From: Trypethelium eluteriae
Taxonomy: Eukaryota
Length of the DNA: 34,970 nt
Reading direction: 5' to 3'
NCBI GenBank assembly: GCA_051942245.1
Contig: JAVECL010000222.1
Span: 1 to 34,970 of the forward strand
Positions 1 to 12,186 of the stretch are shown in pieces. How positions within the stretch are numbered: position 1 is the stretch's first letter; each line of letters begins with the position of its first letter. Made by a program: the position numbers and the translations under genes. The notes under the pieces were generated by a model, which worked only from the letters and a program-made list of their open reading frames with translations, was not told the origin of the DNA and did no database searches.

Positions 1-708
1 GCTCCACCTCCTCCATCGTCATCTGCCGCCTCCCCCTCCTGCGCCCACTATTCGCCTCGACCTCATCCCTGTCCCTATCCCTAACCTCCTCCTGCGCCTC
101 CTCATCCGCCCTCGCCGCCTCCTCACGCACCTTCCGCGCCCCGCGCGCGCTGCGCTCCCCCCCAGGCGCCTTCCCCACGCGGTACTGATGCATCGCCTTG
201 AGCGCGCGACACACACCCAGGAACAGCACCATTAGGCGGCGCTCCGGGAAGCGGGTGTGGTTGACGAGGTTGGCGTTGATGAGGTCCTGCAGGTTGCCGC
301 GGCGGTAGTACGGCAGCAGGATGTAGACGGTTTTGGCGCCGGGGTCGGACTTGTCGGAGGCGACGGAGTGGTCGACGCTGTGGATGATGTTGGGGTGGGG
401 GGAGAAGAGGGTGTAGGCTTCGACTTCTTTGAGGGCGAGGGAGACGGATTCTTGGCCGAAGGGGCAGCGGATCTTTTTGAGGGCGTATAGTGCGTGTGCG
501 GTGGTGTCTTGCACGAGGTAGACGTAGGAGAAGCCGCCCTGGAGGTGAGGGGTTAGCGTCAATGGTAAAGAGGTTGGTGGTGGTGAGCTGGATGTACCTC
601 GCCAAGTAGTCGGAGTATCTTGAAGCTGCGCGAGTTGATCCGCAATTGGGGGCTTCCAGGAAAGCAGCATGTCAAAGAGTAGACTAGGTCCATGAGGTAG
701 GATGCCAT
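1..708 (-). CDS. ENV7: Ser/Thr protein kinase, Env7/STK16 (NAK family)-like; 5' part only, runs off the window start
   Basis: Spliced model: exon 598-708, intron 539-597 (GTACAT..CTAAC..CAG), exon <1-538. Translation MASYLMDLVYSLTCCFPGSPQLRINSRSFKILRLLGE|GGFSYVYLVQD..YALKKIRCPFGQESVSLALKEVEAY..HPNIIHS..VYILLPYYRRGNLQD. It has the Gly-rich loop, the VAIK-equivalent Lys, an alphaC Glu and the N-terminal CC typical of palmitoylated Env7-like kinases. Not recovered in frame by the ORF track. Confidence 0.88.
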
Positions 709-1236
709 GATTGAGACAGAATGCGCAGGAGTACCCAATGGCGCCGAAGTAAGGTGGAGCTTTGGCAGGGAACGTTCGTGATCTTGGAGGTTTAGAAGTG
801 TTCAATCATCAACGCGTCATTCCATAGACAACCGAAAAGATGATTTGGAAGAAGGAAAATATCACATCACACCCAGATGGGGTCTGCCGTGGCCCAGAAG
901 GGTAGCGAGCATTACACATGCAACAAGTTCGGGGATCAAGCTGCGGAGCGGAGGAGCTGACGAAAAGTCTCAAGCGGAGCGGAAACTTGCAGTTCATAGG
1001 GGCCCTCAACCCAGAATCCTCTCATGTCCTCTATTGATTTTCTAAAAATTTCTCTTAGATATGAGAACCGTATTTGATTGTATGCATCGCACTTAACATC
1101 TATTAGAACTCCAGGTCGTATCCCATATGCCACAAAATCCCAACAGAGGTATCATCGCATCACGCAATTAACCGCAACCATGTTGTACATTAGATGCGAA
1201 ACGCTCAAGACCCAACGACCTCATCGATTAACAATG

Positions 1237-3490
1237 CTAGAATGAGGGCATCGTGCAGTTCGTCGCATTATGTCCATCCTGCTCACAGAGTGCACACCAC
1301 TCATCCGCATTTCCTTCTGGCTCCTTTGCTTCCTCTCTGACTGGCGCAGGTAGGATGTCCGGTGCTTTTGGTGTCACAGCATCACCCTTCTCAGCAATAG
1401 CGCTTGAGGGCATTTTGGGACATGACAAGATATCATGCGAGCCCCCTGTCTCACAGAACTCGCACCACAAGCTACCATTGTCCGTAGATGTCTGAGACTC
1501 GGCTTCTGGAGTAGGCTCGAGAGGGGGGCCAGAAGATCGCCGCTGTGCCTGTGTGGCCTCTCGCCAGTTGACAATGGTTCCTCTAGAGTCGCGACCCGAT
1601 GAACGTTTCTCTTGGAGTGTCTTATCGGACACAAGGCTGTTACGCTGGGATTCTATTCGGAGTCGTTCGACTTCTCGTTCGAGCTCTTCTTCTCGAAATG
1701 TTTTGCGGTCAATTAGACCTCGAAGCTCCTCTTTTTCCCTTTCTAACCTCTCTAGCGTAGCTTGCACTTCGTCTGAGCCATGACCAACTCCATTGGTCTT
1801 TGTAGGTGTTTTGTTCGTATCCATCCTTGGACTACCAAAATCGGGACCAGAACTAAGCGAATGGATGATGGCCTTCAAACCGCGAATCTCATCATCTCTT
1901 TGCTCAACCTCTCTGGAGCCACCAGGACTTAGAGGACCATCCATTGCCGCTCCTGCCCCCTTGATAGCAGCAGCAGCCTTTTCTCGTTCTCTTCGGAGCT
2001 CTGATCGTCCTCGCTCCACCTCTCCCCTCAAAAACTCTACCTCCCCTCTTGCTTCAGCCTCGCCTCTCCTTGCATCTTCAAGTCCCTCTTCCAGCTCCTG
2101 CACTAACTCTTCTAGCTGCTTCAACTGTTGTGCTACACTCTCCACGTCATCTCTCCCTTCTTGAAGGTCCCGAATCTCTTGCATCAAATCTTCGACTCGC
2201 TTCTCATAGACCCTTTCCGTTTCTGTGCTCGCCATTTCCAAGGTATCAATTGTGCTCCTGAAATCTGCGCGGTGTGCGTCAAACTCTGCTGTCAGCATTG
2301 AAATCTTGTCGTTCTTCTCCCGAAGCAGAGATCGCAATTGCGCCGCATCTGCATCTTCGAACCCTGAAGCACCAACGCGTGAGCGAGTGGGACTGGGCTG
2401 ACCAGTCGGTAGGAGAGACTGTAGTTCGGCCAAACTGCTCTCCATCTCTGCTAGGCTGGCTGCCTGGTCTTTAAGTTGCCGATCCCGATCTTCGAGTTTC
2501 TTCCGTAATCTTTGTGCTTCGTCTTCTTGACCCGAGCTCCGGCTCGGACCTCTTGCCAACCCCACCGGGGTTGTTTCGCCATCTTCCTCAATTGTGTCGC
2601 GGTGGCCAAGACGAGAGCCGTTGTTTCGCGAATATGGCCTTGGAGGACCAACGCTGCGTCCTAATGCATTGCTTGTCCGTGGGGGCGCTGGGCTGGGTGT
2701 GAAGCGTGGTGTGCCTATCCCTCCGCGTGGGCCGATTGATCCTGTGCGTGAAGGTGTAGGCTGTAAGTTCGGTTGTTTTCTGAATGGCGACTCTGGTCGG
2801 GGCAACGAAGGCCTGGATTTCAATTTGAGTTGTGGGCTGGGTGCTCTTGCGCCAGGTCCGACTGTCTGTGAGAACTTTGTCATGGCCGGTGTCGGAGGGG
2901 TATAAACATCGGTATCGTCTCTCACAGAGTGATCCAGCTTAGCAAAAGATGGTGTAGTAGGTGTAGGAGGGAAGGAATCGACGGACATTGCCACAGAGGC
3001 TCGTTTCGAAGCTCGTTTCGTAGGCAGGAAGATTCCGGATCCTGGAACCGTTGTTGTGAAATATCGTACCCTGGCCAGTCAGCTTTCCCACATGTTCGCA
3101 GATATCGCAAATATAAGAGATGACAAATAGCATATAAATGATAATGCTCACTCACCCCTCGACGTCTCCATCATTCTTGCCTCTGCTGGCAAACTCCCGA
3201 TCTAACTCTACTCCTGCAAAGACGCCAGCCTTGCCTTTCACGTTTCCAATGAATTTGACCACTCCCCACATGCCACCTGGCACGTCCACAGTATCGCCAA
3301 CCTCAAAGCCTCCATCGGGACTGGACATCATTTTGCTTGTAGGAGTATTTGGGCCTCCAGTCAATGCGCTCAAACTCTGCTGTCGCGCAAGCATAGCACT
3401 ACGTTGTAGATTGGGCGTCGACGCGGTGTTTATGCCCGGGTTGCCTAGGGAGGGCAGCCGTTGGAGCCGGCGCGGCGTTTGCGTAGCCAT
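1237..3490 (-). CDS. CAP-Gly microtubule plus-end tracking protein, CLIP-170/Tip1/Bik1-like (~722 aa)
   Basis: join(3156-3490, 1237-3070); intron 3071-3155 is GTGAGT..CTGAC..CAG. Splicing restores the CAP-Gly signature GVELDREFASRGKNDGDVEG|VRYF..GIF. A long coiled coil follows, then two C-terminal CCHC knuckles (WCEFCETGGSHDILSC, WCALCEQDGHNATNC) and a terminal aromatic residue. Confidence 0.9.
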
Positions 3491-4278
3491 CTTTTAGTAC
3501 CTCCGTAGGTACTGCCTAATCGGGCCGTTACAACTGCTTCGACTGTCTCGGATGATGGGTGGGCAACATCAGCCCGGAAGGCTGCTTAGTTGAAATGGAA
3601 TCAATCGGATTGGACGTTCGGCTACGGAGCGAGAACCAGGAATGTCAAGATGGTGGAGTAGAGGTTTCAGGGTGAAGGGGTGAACCCCGCGGGATCGATT
3701 GTTTTGTTTGCGCTACCTAAGGGATGGACGAAAAGAAACGCGTCTTGGCCCAATTTCCGGTCGGTATCCTGGTCAGCACGTGATGATAGGTTTCCCTTGC
3801 GAGCTGGGCCAGATGGCTCAACACGATCCCAGATCTCCAATGCGATATCAGAGAAATTGGCTTACGCGTCGAAAAGGATTGTGTTAAGAACGTCGGTTCG
3901 ATGTACAGCAGGGTTGGCTGTGTAAGTACTCCATACCGTAAATGTACGACAATCATAGACCGAACCTATCGCGAATTCATGTACGAACCATATCGCGAGT
4001 GCTATCCTTGTCAAACCAAAGCTCGGTTCATTCTAACATGTTTGGTGTATGTGCATATAAGTGTTCTGCTTGAATCAGAAGTCCGCGTTCGTGGACACTG
4101 CTGGTGTTTAAGACAACATGCCTTCCGGTTTCCAAAAACCGGCTGCTATCATGAGTGCTAGCATCAAGAACCCAAGGAGCACAGTGTCTTCAAAAGTAAA
4201 TGTAAAAATATCCCTCTATGCTAATATTCCCCGATCAACCAAACTGCTTCTATGTACATGCGGTAGGATCTATATGTC

Positions 4279-6137
4279 CTAGTATCCCTTCTCATCAACC
4301 TGATGTGTCTCATCTTGCGCCACACTCTTCTTCCTGATCGCATTGTTCTCGATGTCTGCCAATGATTGTTGTCGCGCGTTTGCATGCAAGTCCTGAACCT
4401 CCTGGAATGAAACGGTGGGACGGAAGGACTTGGACTGCCAGGCCTTGCCGCACTTGGCATAAAGCTCATCGACTTGTTCAAGCGAGAGACCTTTAGTCTC
4501 GTAGATGAGCGACCAGACGAAGAAGATGCAGATGAAGCAGCAACCGCCCCAAACGAAGAAGACTTTCGGGCCGAGATTGGCATTACCTGGGCCGGCGTCG
4601 ACCATGTAAGGGGTGGCGTAGGCAATGGCCCAGTTGAGCAGCCAGTTACTGAAGACAGAGATTAGATCTTGCTCATGCTCGGATACTTGGGAATGCCGGG
4701 AGCACTTACGATGCAGTAGTCATGGAAAGGGACTTGGCACGGGTCTTGAGAGGGAAGATCTCTCCCGTGACGACCCAAGCGCAAGGTCCCCAAGAGCAGG
4801 CGAAGAAGAAAATGTAGATGCAGACGAAAGCGATCAGAGCACGTTGAGCAGGCAAATTTTCGGTACCATAGCCAGTGCCAACACCTGCGACGATGAACTG
4901 GCAGACAGCCATACCAATGGCACCGAAGAGGAGCAGCGGACGCCGACCCCACTTCTCGACCATGTAGAGACCAGGGAAGGTAGAGCTAACGTTAACGCAG
5001 GCGGTGATAACACTGGTGATGAAGGGGTTGGAGATTCCAGAACGCTTGAAGAACTGGGTTCCATAGTAGAAAATGAAATTTACCCCTTGAAAAAAGGTTA
5101 GAACAATGCTCTCAGCTGCATAATCGATAGTAGATATTGAAGTACACACCTGTAAGTTGTTGAAGAGCCTGAAGTAAGCAACCAGTTGCTAGACGCTTGC
5201 CAAGATTGCCTTGGAAGCAGTCAATGTATGTAGCTTTGCCCAGAGAAAGCTCGTATTCGTGATTGGCCGTAATCTCCGCAAGCTCTTCAATGAGAGCAGG
5301 GTGATCGACTGGAAGGCGTCGGAGCCTCGAAAGAGATTTTGCAGCTTTCTCTGCTTGTCCTTTCTTGACATACATACGAGGAGACTCGGGAAGGAAGAGG
5401 AGACCGGTGATCAGGATGATAGCCCACGCAAACTGAACAGCGATTGGGATACGATAGGAACCGGTATCATTACGCTTGCCAGTTGAGTTGTCGACGACGG
5501 CTGCAAGAAGAAGACCAATGGTGATTGCAAGCTGGTAGCTACCAACGATAGGACCTCTAATCCATTTTGGCGAAACCTCTGACTGGTACAGGGGAACTGA
5601 TTTGAGGTTAATGATGCTAAAAAAGATCGAATTGGCGGCGATATTATCACTTACTGAGTGCAGAGACCAGACCGACACCGAAACCAGCAAAGAAACGTCC
5701 CGCAACAAACAAAGGTATGGATGTTGATGCAGTCTGGAGGACGACCCCGAAAATGAAGACGAAGGAGGACACAATCAAGCCAAGGCGACGACCGATGTAA
5801 TCACCCATTGGTGACGCGCCCAGAGCACCAAAGAATGTACCGGCCGAGAGGAGGGACACAATCTGAGATGACTGGGAAGATGTAATGCCAGGACCACCTG
5901 TGTCGGGATCGATGGCGCCAGTAGAGAATGTTTGAAGCCAGTAAGGCATTGTAAGAATGCCTCCAATGGTACCAGTATCATAACTATCCCAGGCAGTCAG
6001 AAAAATACTCTGATCTTGTTTGCAGACCTTGGAACATACCCAAACAAGATACCACCAAATGCTACGAACATACCCACCGCAATGGCAGGCCATGCAGCAC
6101 CGGCGACATTGTCGGGCTTCTTGATAAGGAGAGGCAT
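4279..6137 (-). CDS. MFS sugar-porter hexose transporter (high-affinity glucose transporter/RCO-3-like, ~539 aa)
   Basis: Five exons: 6040-6137, 5655-5983, 5150-5596, 4710-5085, 4279-4648. All introns are GT-AG and the total is 1620 nt. Motifs: FGGILFGYDTGTIGG, DYIGRR, GRFFAGFGVG, PLYQSE, PESPR, QQLTGVNFIFYYG, EKWGRR, ETKGLSLEQVD. Confidence 0.93.
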
Positions 6138-7910
6138 GTCAGGCAATGCTAAGCCGGAGCAAAATCCCTGAAACTCGCTGACTTGGAAAGTGAGAAAGAA
6201 GTTGCTGCAATGACAGACAAAGGAGAAAAGGTGTAGATTTCCTCGGCTGGGTTGGTACCCTACACCACAAGGGAGGGTGCATCATTTATGGTAATTCCCA
6301 AAAGCCACCATGGAGAAGCCTCGACCCCGTAAGCTCGTCTCCAGAATTGAATTTCATTAGGGCGATCCAGGTGCAGGATTGACCGCGGGGTTTCTAGACT
6401 CTTGGCAAGAACCGGTGTTTCCTGGCTGGGCTAGCGAAGGTCCGGGTGTGGTCGTGTGATGATTCGATCCCAAAGCGCTGGGCTGAAGAGACGACTCCAA
6501 TAGCGTGTAGTCGTTGTTGGAACATGAGCCGCTAGAAGAGTCTGGAGAAGTCAAGCTAGCCATCATTGGTTGAAAATCTAGAGGACTAACTTAACAGTAC
6601 GTGGCGCAAAATCCGTTGTAGCATTACGTTTTGCTCTACGGCACGTGAAAGACTTGCGGCATGGCTGGGCCTGCTTGGCATTAACTAAGCCATCAAAGAT
6701 GAGAAGCTTAAATAGAAAATTCTTTAAGAAGAACGAAGTCCAGACAGTATGATATTATGGGTGCAGAAAGAGACAAGCTGTCTCGCTTCCGAAGGGGCTG
6801 ATGTGCAGTCAGATGGGGCCTTCGACATACCTTACGCACGCTACGGATAGATCTGAAATAAACCCTTACCAGTGCTTGGGTAGTGCCCGATGCCAAATTA
6901 CATATTCATGACGAGCCTAAGCGAGGGTGGGATCCATGATTCATACCCCAGTCATTTATCCATGTCTGATGGTGGTGTTGAGATTGGTGGAGTCCGGCCC
7001 AATATCAGTTAGCTCGCTGGCTGCTTGGCAACGACATAGGCTGATGATGAAGAGATCGTGCGCTGACGCACGAAATCTAGCAGCATTAGCCGCAGCCACA
7101 TGGGAAAATGCTGGGGATGGTTGTGGCGGCCGGTGGATTGTGGAGTGAGTTTAGAGTTGCGCGAACCGTCTGGCCGGAAGCGGTCTCGGCCCTAGACTGC
7201 TGCAGGGCAAAGGGCGCCAGACTCTTGCCCTCTCGCTTCTAGAACACTTCCGCAATCGGCTTAGTTAGTCCGAAATCACACCCGTCAGCCGTCAGCTTTG
7301 TGGAGCCGAAGGAGCACTTCTATTGTGCCGCCATGATTGTCATCTATATTCTACGTGTAACTTTCGGCGTCGCTTCACAAAAAATATCGCATGTTATTCG
7401 CGCCAGAAGACATGCCCGATCTCGCAGTTCGTCTGACACCTGTGAGGCATTTCCTCCGACGGCGCTTTTGTGCTAGTCTGGAGAGCCAAGGGCTTTCCTA
7501 TGTACCGAGAATGCTTCCGACCCCAAATGTTTACCAGAGAGGTAGGCTTGGACACTAATGAGGGTAGAAATGAGGATGTCATATTGCATTGGTAGTTCTT
7601 TGGTCGGGGTATCTCTGCCTTTCTACGGCCCTTGTTCCCCTTTGTTCCTTATATTCAACATCAACATCAACATTCTAGAATTTTCGTTGAGGCCCCAAAC
7701 CTGTGGAGGCAGCGCTGTCGGCCCCCTCCAACCTCTCTTAACCTTGGACAGTGCATATGCGGACATGTACTTGTAGTCAAGCCTTGTTATGTTATTGCTA
7801 AGCTTTGCAGCGAGAAGTGTTGAGGTTGTGTTCTCCATACATATGTTTGTCGCTCGATCAGAAATGAAAGCTAGCCTAATGAGCTGTCAAATCGCCAAAA
7901 TGCAACCAAA

Positions 7911-8357
7911 TCACACCCACTTCCTCCCTGGCAACATCTGACCCTCGACCTGTTTCAAGTTCTGCATCAACTCGGCCTCCAAAAGTTGCAATCTCAGTGC
8001 GACTTCTTCAATCGGTGTCTCGCAGCCGCGAACACCGATAAATTTCCCAAGCTTCCTCCGCTTGATCTCGACTCGCTTCTCGTCGCTCAAAAGTCCAGTT
8101 CCCGCTTGTCGCGCGAAGAATGCTGCATCCCAGTTCATGGGGGCAGGGTATTTGTCAGTCCAGAAGTTGGGAGTTGACTGACTGTAATAATGAGCGATGC
8201 TGTCAAGCTGTTCCTCGGTGAGCAACCAGAAGTGCAAAAACGTCTTGGGGAATGCCGGATGTGCTGGCCCAGTTGGCATAGGGACGATCGGGGCCAAGTT
8301 CAGACGAAGCTGGTTGATTTTCTTTGCAAGGTCTGGGCTTCGCTTCGAGGGAGCCAT
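7911..8357 (-). CDS. Conserved fungal hypothetical protein (148 aa)
   Basis: Single ORF with an ATG start. The pattern HPAFPKTFLHFWLLTEEQLDSIAHYY..YP..W..KRRKLGKFIGVRGCETP resembles a small ascomycete family of unknown function, recognised from memory and not verified. Confidence 0.7.
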   Translation of the reverse strand: MAPSKRSPDLAKKINQLRLNLAPIVPMPTGPAHPAFPKTFLHFWLLTEEQLDSIAHYYSQSTPNFWTDKYPAPMNWDAAFFARQAGTGLLSDEKRVEIKRRKLGKFIGVRGCETPIEEVALRLQLLEAELMQNLKQVEGQMLPGRKWV

Positions 8358-9117
8358 ATCTTCTCTACACTTTCAAATCTCCTTCTTCAATCGATGGAAA
8401 TAGGCAGAAACGTTCCTTCCCTGGATCGAAGGTGGGCTAGGTATAAAAGAGCGTGCTTTCCTGCGGCCAGCGTAGGAGTACGATGGTAAAGATCTGAATG
8501 AGAGTTTCTGGTCAGATTATGGAAGGAGAGATTGCTGGAAGATACTAACGATCTGTTTGGGAGAAAAGGATACTTACTATATGAAGGGAATTAGCCTCGC
8601 AATTTGGTTTCTTTCAAAGACAGTTCCCACATATAGGGTTAGCGTTCGCGATTGCTCTATGGAGACAAAGACGTGGACCACCCAGTAGGTCTCGAATTTC
8701 ACCGTCTTCTTTGTCGCGGTATGTAAAGGGTGCCAAGGCCAACTTTCGGGAATCAGTAGAGGACAAGTTCAGTCAATTTGAAAGAATGTGGATCTAAGCA
8801 GAACCTCAAATGGGCATCTGAAAGAGTGATCAGTCCATATCGAACTTTGACTGCGTATGGGGATGGATGAAGCAGTCATGACCACGGCTTTGTGAATCAA
8901 AAAATAATGAGGTGGCTGGAAATTTGTCACTGGAAGTGTACGCATGGCAGGAGGCAATGAGGTGGGCATCTAGTGACTGTGATATCTAAGTTCAGTGTTG
9001 ACAAGCATCGTGACATAAAGAACATCGATCGGCGAGCGTTTGCCCGAAGCGGAAACTCCACACGCGACGCGTCTTCCGTGAACTCGCGCGTCGGCCTCAC
9101 CGTCAACTCATTTTCCA

Positions 9118-10028
9118 ATGGATAACAGCGGCGATACACCAGCACCAATTCATGATCCTCCTTCTCTTCCAGCCTCACCCCTACCAAAGCGCACCAAAGT
9201 CATTGAACCCGCTGCGAATCTCTCTGCCGCAGGTACGATCCAACACCAAATGACCCCATTCTGCCCCACCACGGTGATTTCATTCACTACTATGTCACTT
9301 TCCTCACACCAATCATTTCCGTGTCCCTCTGACCGCTTCTACTCTCAGGCGCTCAAGATACCTCCCGAACTGCCACACCTACTCCCGCAGCTGCCTCTCT
9401 CGCTGCTATAACCCAGCCTCCCCCAAAAGCGACGACGAACGGGACAGCCAGTGCAACGATTATGGCTGCCGATCCAACGGCTGTGCCCTCCATGCAGGTC
9501 AAACTGCTTTCAGAGAAAGGCAAAGCGCCTACAAGGGGTAGCACATTTGCGGCAGGATATGACATCTACAGCGCACAGGACGTGACAGTGCCGGCGAGAG
9601 GGAAAGCCTTGGTGGACACGGATATTGCGATTGCAGTGCCCGCAGGGACTTGTGAGTCTTGCTTCCCCGTTGCGGTTTTCAATCAATCAAATAGAATTAC
9701 TTGGGTCATGGAGCAATATCTGACAAACACGCAATGAGTAGACGGACGAGTTGCACCACGCTCCGGGCTCGCAGTCAAGCATTCGATTACGACAGGCGCA
9801 GGAGTCATCGATGCGGATTACCGTGGCCAAGTCAAGGTGCTGCTCTTTAATCTCGGAGAGAGCGATTTTGAAGTCAAGGAAGGAGATCGAATTGCGCAAT
9901 TGGTGCTAGAGCGGATTGTGACGCCCGAGGTCGCTGTCGTAGCCGAGTTAGAAGAGAGCGTCAGAGGTGCCGGGGGCTTTGGCAGTACTGGAGGATTTGG
10001 GGGAACAGAAGTCGCGGGAGTGGTCTGA
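9118..10028 (+). CDS. DUT1: dUTP diphosphatase (dUTPase, ~234 aa)
   Basis: join(9118-9232, 9349-9651, 9742-10028) = 705 nt. All five dUTPase motifs are present: [43 protein letters not shown]. Confidence 0.96.
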
Positions 10029-10213
10029 GTCGTTCAATTGACTCAAAAAATGATATCACAAGGAGCTCGAGGAAGTGACGAGCCTTTGAGGAACCATAAT
10101 GCCATCAAAGGCCTCCCTCTTATGCTCGATAGCAGTGTATAAAAATAACTAGCGCTCAGTACCGATAATAGCACGCATCATAAATCGTGAAAATCCTCTC
10201 TCTGCCTACCATA

Positions 10214-11760
10214 TCATTCTGGCGATGTGGCGTGCACCGCCCCTTCACTCTTCAACACCACCAATTCATCCGGCTTCGCCTCCCCTGCCTCGCTCTGCAA
10301 CTCTCCCTCCACCTGATTCTCCCCAGTCGCATCTAGCTCTTCAGCCCGAAACCTCTCCACCTCACCCGGCTCCCTCAAATCCCCCACATTCCTCACCACT
10401 CTCACCTCCGCTGCCTTCGTCCGCGCCAGCTCCCGGTCCTTCGCCATCCTCGCCGCCTCCTCTTCATCCCCAGGCTCCTTCCTCTGCGCTTCTCGCTTCT
10501 CTAACTCCGCTACCTCCACGTCGCGCGCATCCAACGTCTTTCGTAGCACTACTTGCATAGATGCGAGGACGAGTGTTGCTGCGTGCGCAAGAGGGAGAGA
10601 GGTCGGCGGAACCGAGTCGGGGGATTGCCAGCGCTGTGTCTGTGTGAGAGAGGCGCTGGTTATGGCGGCGCGGAAGCGTGGGATGAGGAGGGCGGCGAAC
10701 ATGTCTCCGGTGCCGGAGAAGAAGAGGGGAAGGGCGGGAATGGTAATTTTGAAGAGGCGTGGGGTTTGGTCTGAGGCGAGTCAGCGAAGGTTCGGCAAGT
10801 AAATAATGAGCAGAGACAGTACCCTTGCGAGCGGTGGAGCCGACGACTGTCAGTGTCTGAGATTCTGATGTGACTTTGCCCGTTTCTGAGTCCAGTCGGA
10901 GAGAGGTGATCATTACGTGTGGGATGAAATAGGTTTTATGTAGGACTGTTATGGCTTCGACGATAGAGGGGACATCTGTGATCTTGACCCCTGAGAGCAA
11001 TCTTGTGGCGCGATGTCAGCCCCTGGGTATCTCAGACCGTCTGGAAGATCTAAAGTATGCTTACGTACTCTGCCTCATACTGATTCGGCAAAATCATGTC
11101 GGCTTGAATGATCACGTTCTTATACGCTGGTACGACGTCTTCGCCAACGTAAAGGCTCCCATTATCGCCCATGACCGGATCCAGTACTACCCTATGGTTA
11201 GGTGGTGCGACTGGCCTTAAGTCCGAGAAGACAAACCCCAAAAGAAGGAACCTGGTTTGGTACCAGCCTCGAACTTGAGGTCTCTTCCAATTTTCCCAAC
11301 AGCCTCAACTGCTTCGGCGGTGGATATGTACCCAGATAACATGACGTCAAAGTCGTTAAGCCGTGATTGCTTCAACCCTTGATAGAGCTCGGTAATTTCT
11401 TCTGCAGGCGTTTTGCGACCTTTGAATTGTTTGTACGCAGTATGGTTGCCTACCAGTCACTCAGCTCGGTCAAGAAGATACGCGAATACCGTAAGGAGTC
11501 ATCGTTAAGTCTTACTAAAGTTCACGGTATTGATCGCGGAGACCTCGCATCCAAGAGACTGCATGACGAATGTTGCCATGGTATTGCCAACATACCTGAA
11601 AGTATTTTAGCTCGTCTCATTTCACTAGCCCTTTACGAATCTGCTCACCCATGGACAACCTTGAATAAGTCAGTTCGATGTATTAATCCGGGAAGTCCTC
11701 GGTTCTTACATGGCTAGCTATCGCAAGCACGCGAGTTTCAGGAATCGCCGGACCCGCCAT
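10214..11760 (-). CDS. Pyridoxal kinase (PdxK/Bud16-like, ribokinase family, ~402 aa)
   Basis: Seven exons: 11710-11760, 11649-11659, 11516-11595, 11237-11449, 11069-11186, 10823-11001, 10214-10770 (1209 nt). Motifs: VLAIASHVVHGYVGN, INTVNFSNHTAY, LSGY, VLDPVMGDNG, PNQYEAELL, FSGTGDMFAAL. Confidence 0.94.
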
Positions 11761-12186
11761 GATGGTTATATCCTATGCCTTGCCCCTATTCAAGGAGCAG
11801 TTGAAAGAAAAACTACCTTTTTATACGCATGGTAGTTACTAACCTTCCTTGTCTGATAGCCCTTCGAGATAAGATAAAAAGCGCTAGATATTTGTGATAC
11901 GAATCACACAAATTCACCGGAATTCGACCGGCCATGACGTCGAAGGGTCCATTGAGACGTAAAGTAAGCAGTCGTCAAAAATCCTGTTCTTGGCTACACC
12001 ACCAGCATGATAGACAAGCATCAATATGGAAATTCAGATCCATGATTGCAGAATTCCGCGAAGTGGTCAGGCTTGGCGACATGGAGAATGCTCCAATGAC
12101 TAGTCTTGTCCCGGACTTGGTTCTCAATCTAGTCAACATGGTTGCTCCTATTATTTCGAATCTTCTCTACTTCTTACTTCCAATCA

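Noticed and set aside
123..605. 160-aa Arg/Pro-rich ORF on the minus strand
   Set aside because: It is an alternative frame over the Env7-like kinase exon and intron in GC-rich sequence.
6138..7910. Several SYGGRG (CreA-like) hexamers upstream of the hexose transporter
   Set aside because: The degenerate 6-mer occurs at roughly chance frequency over 1.8 kb.
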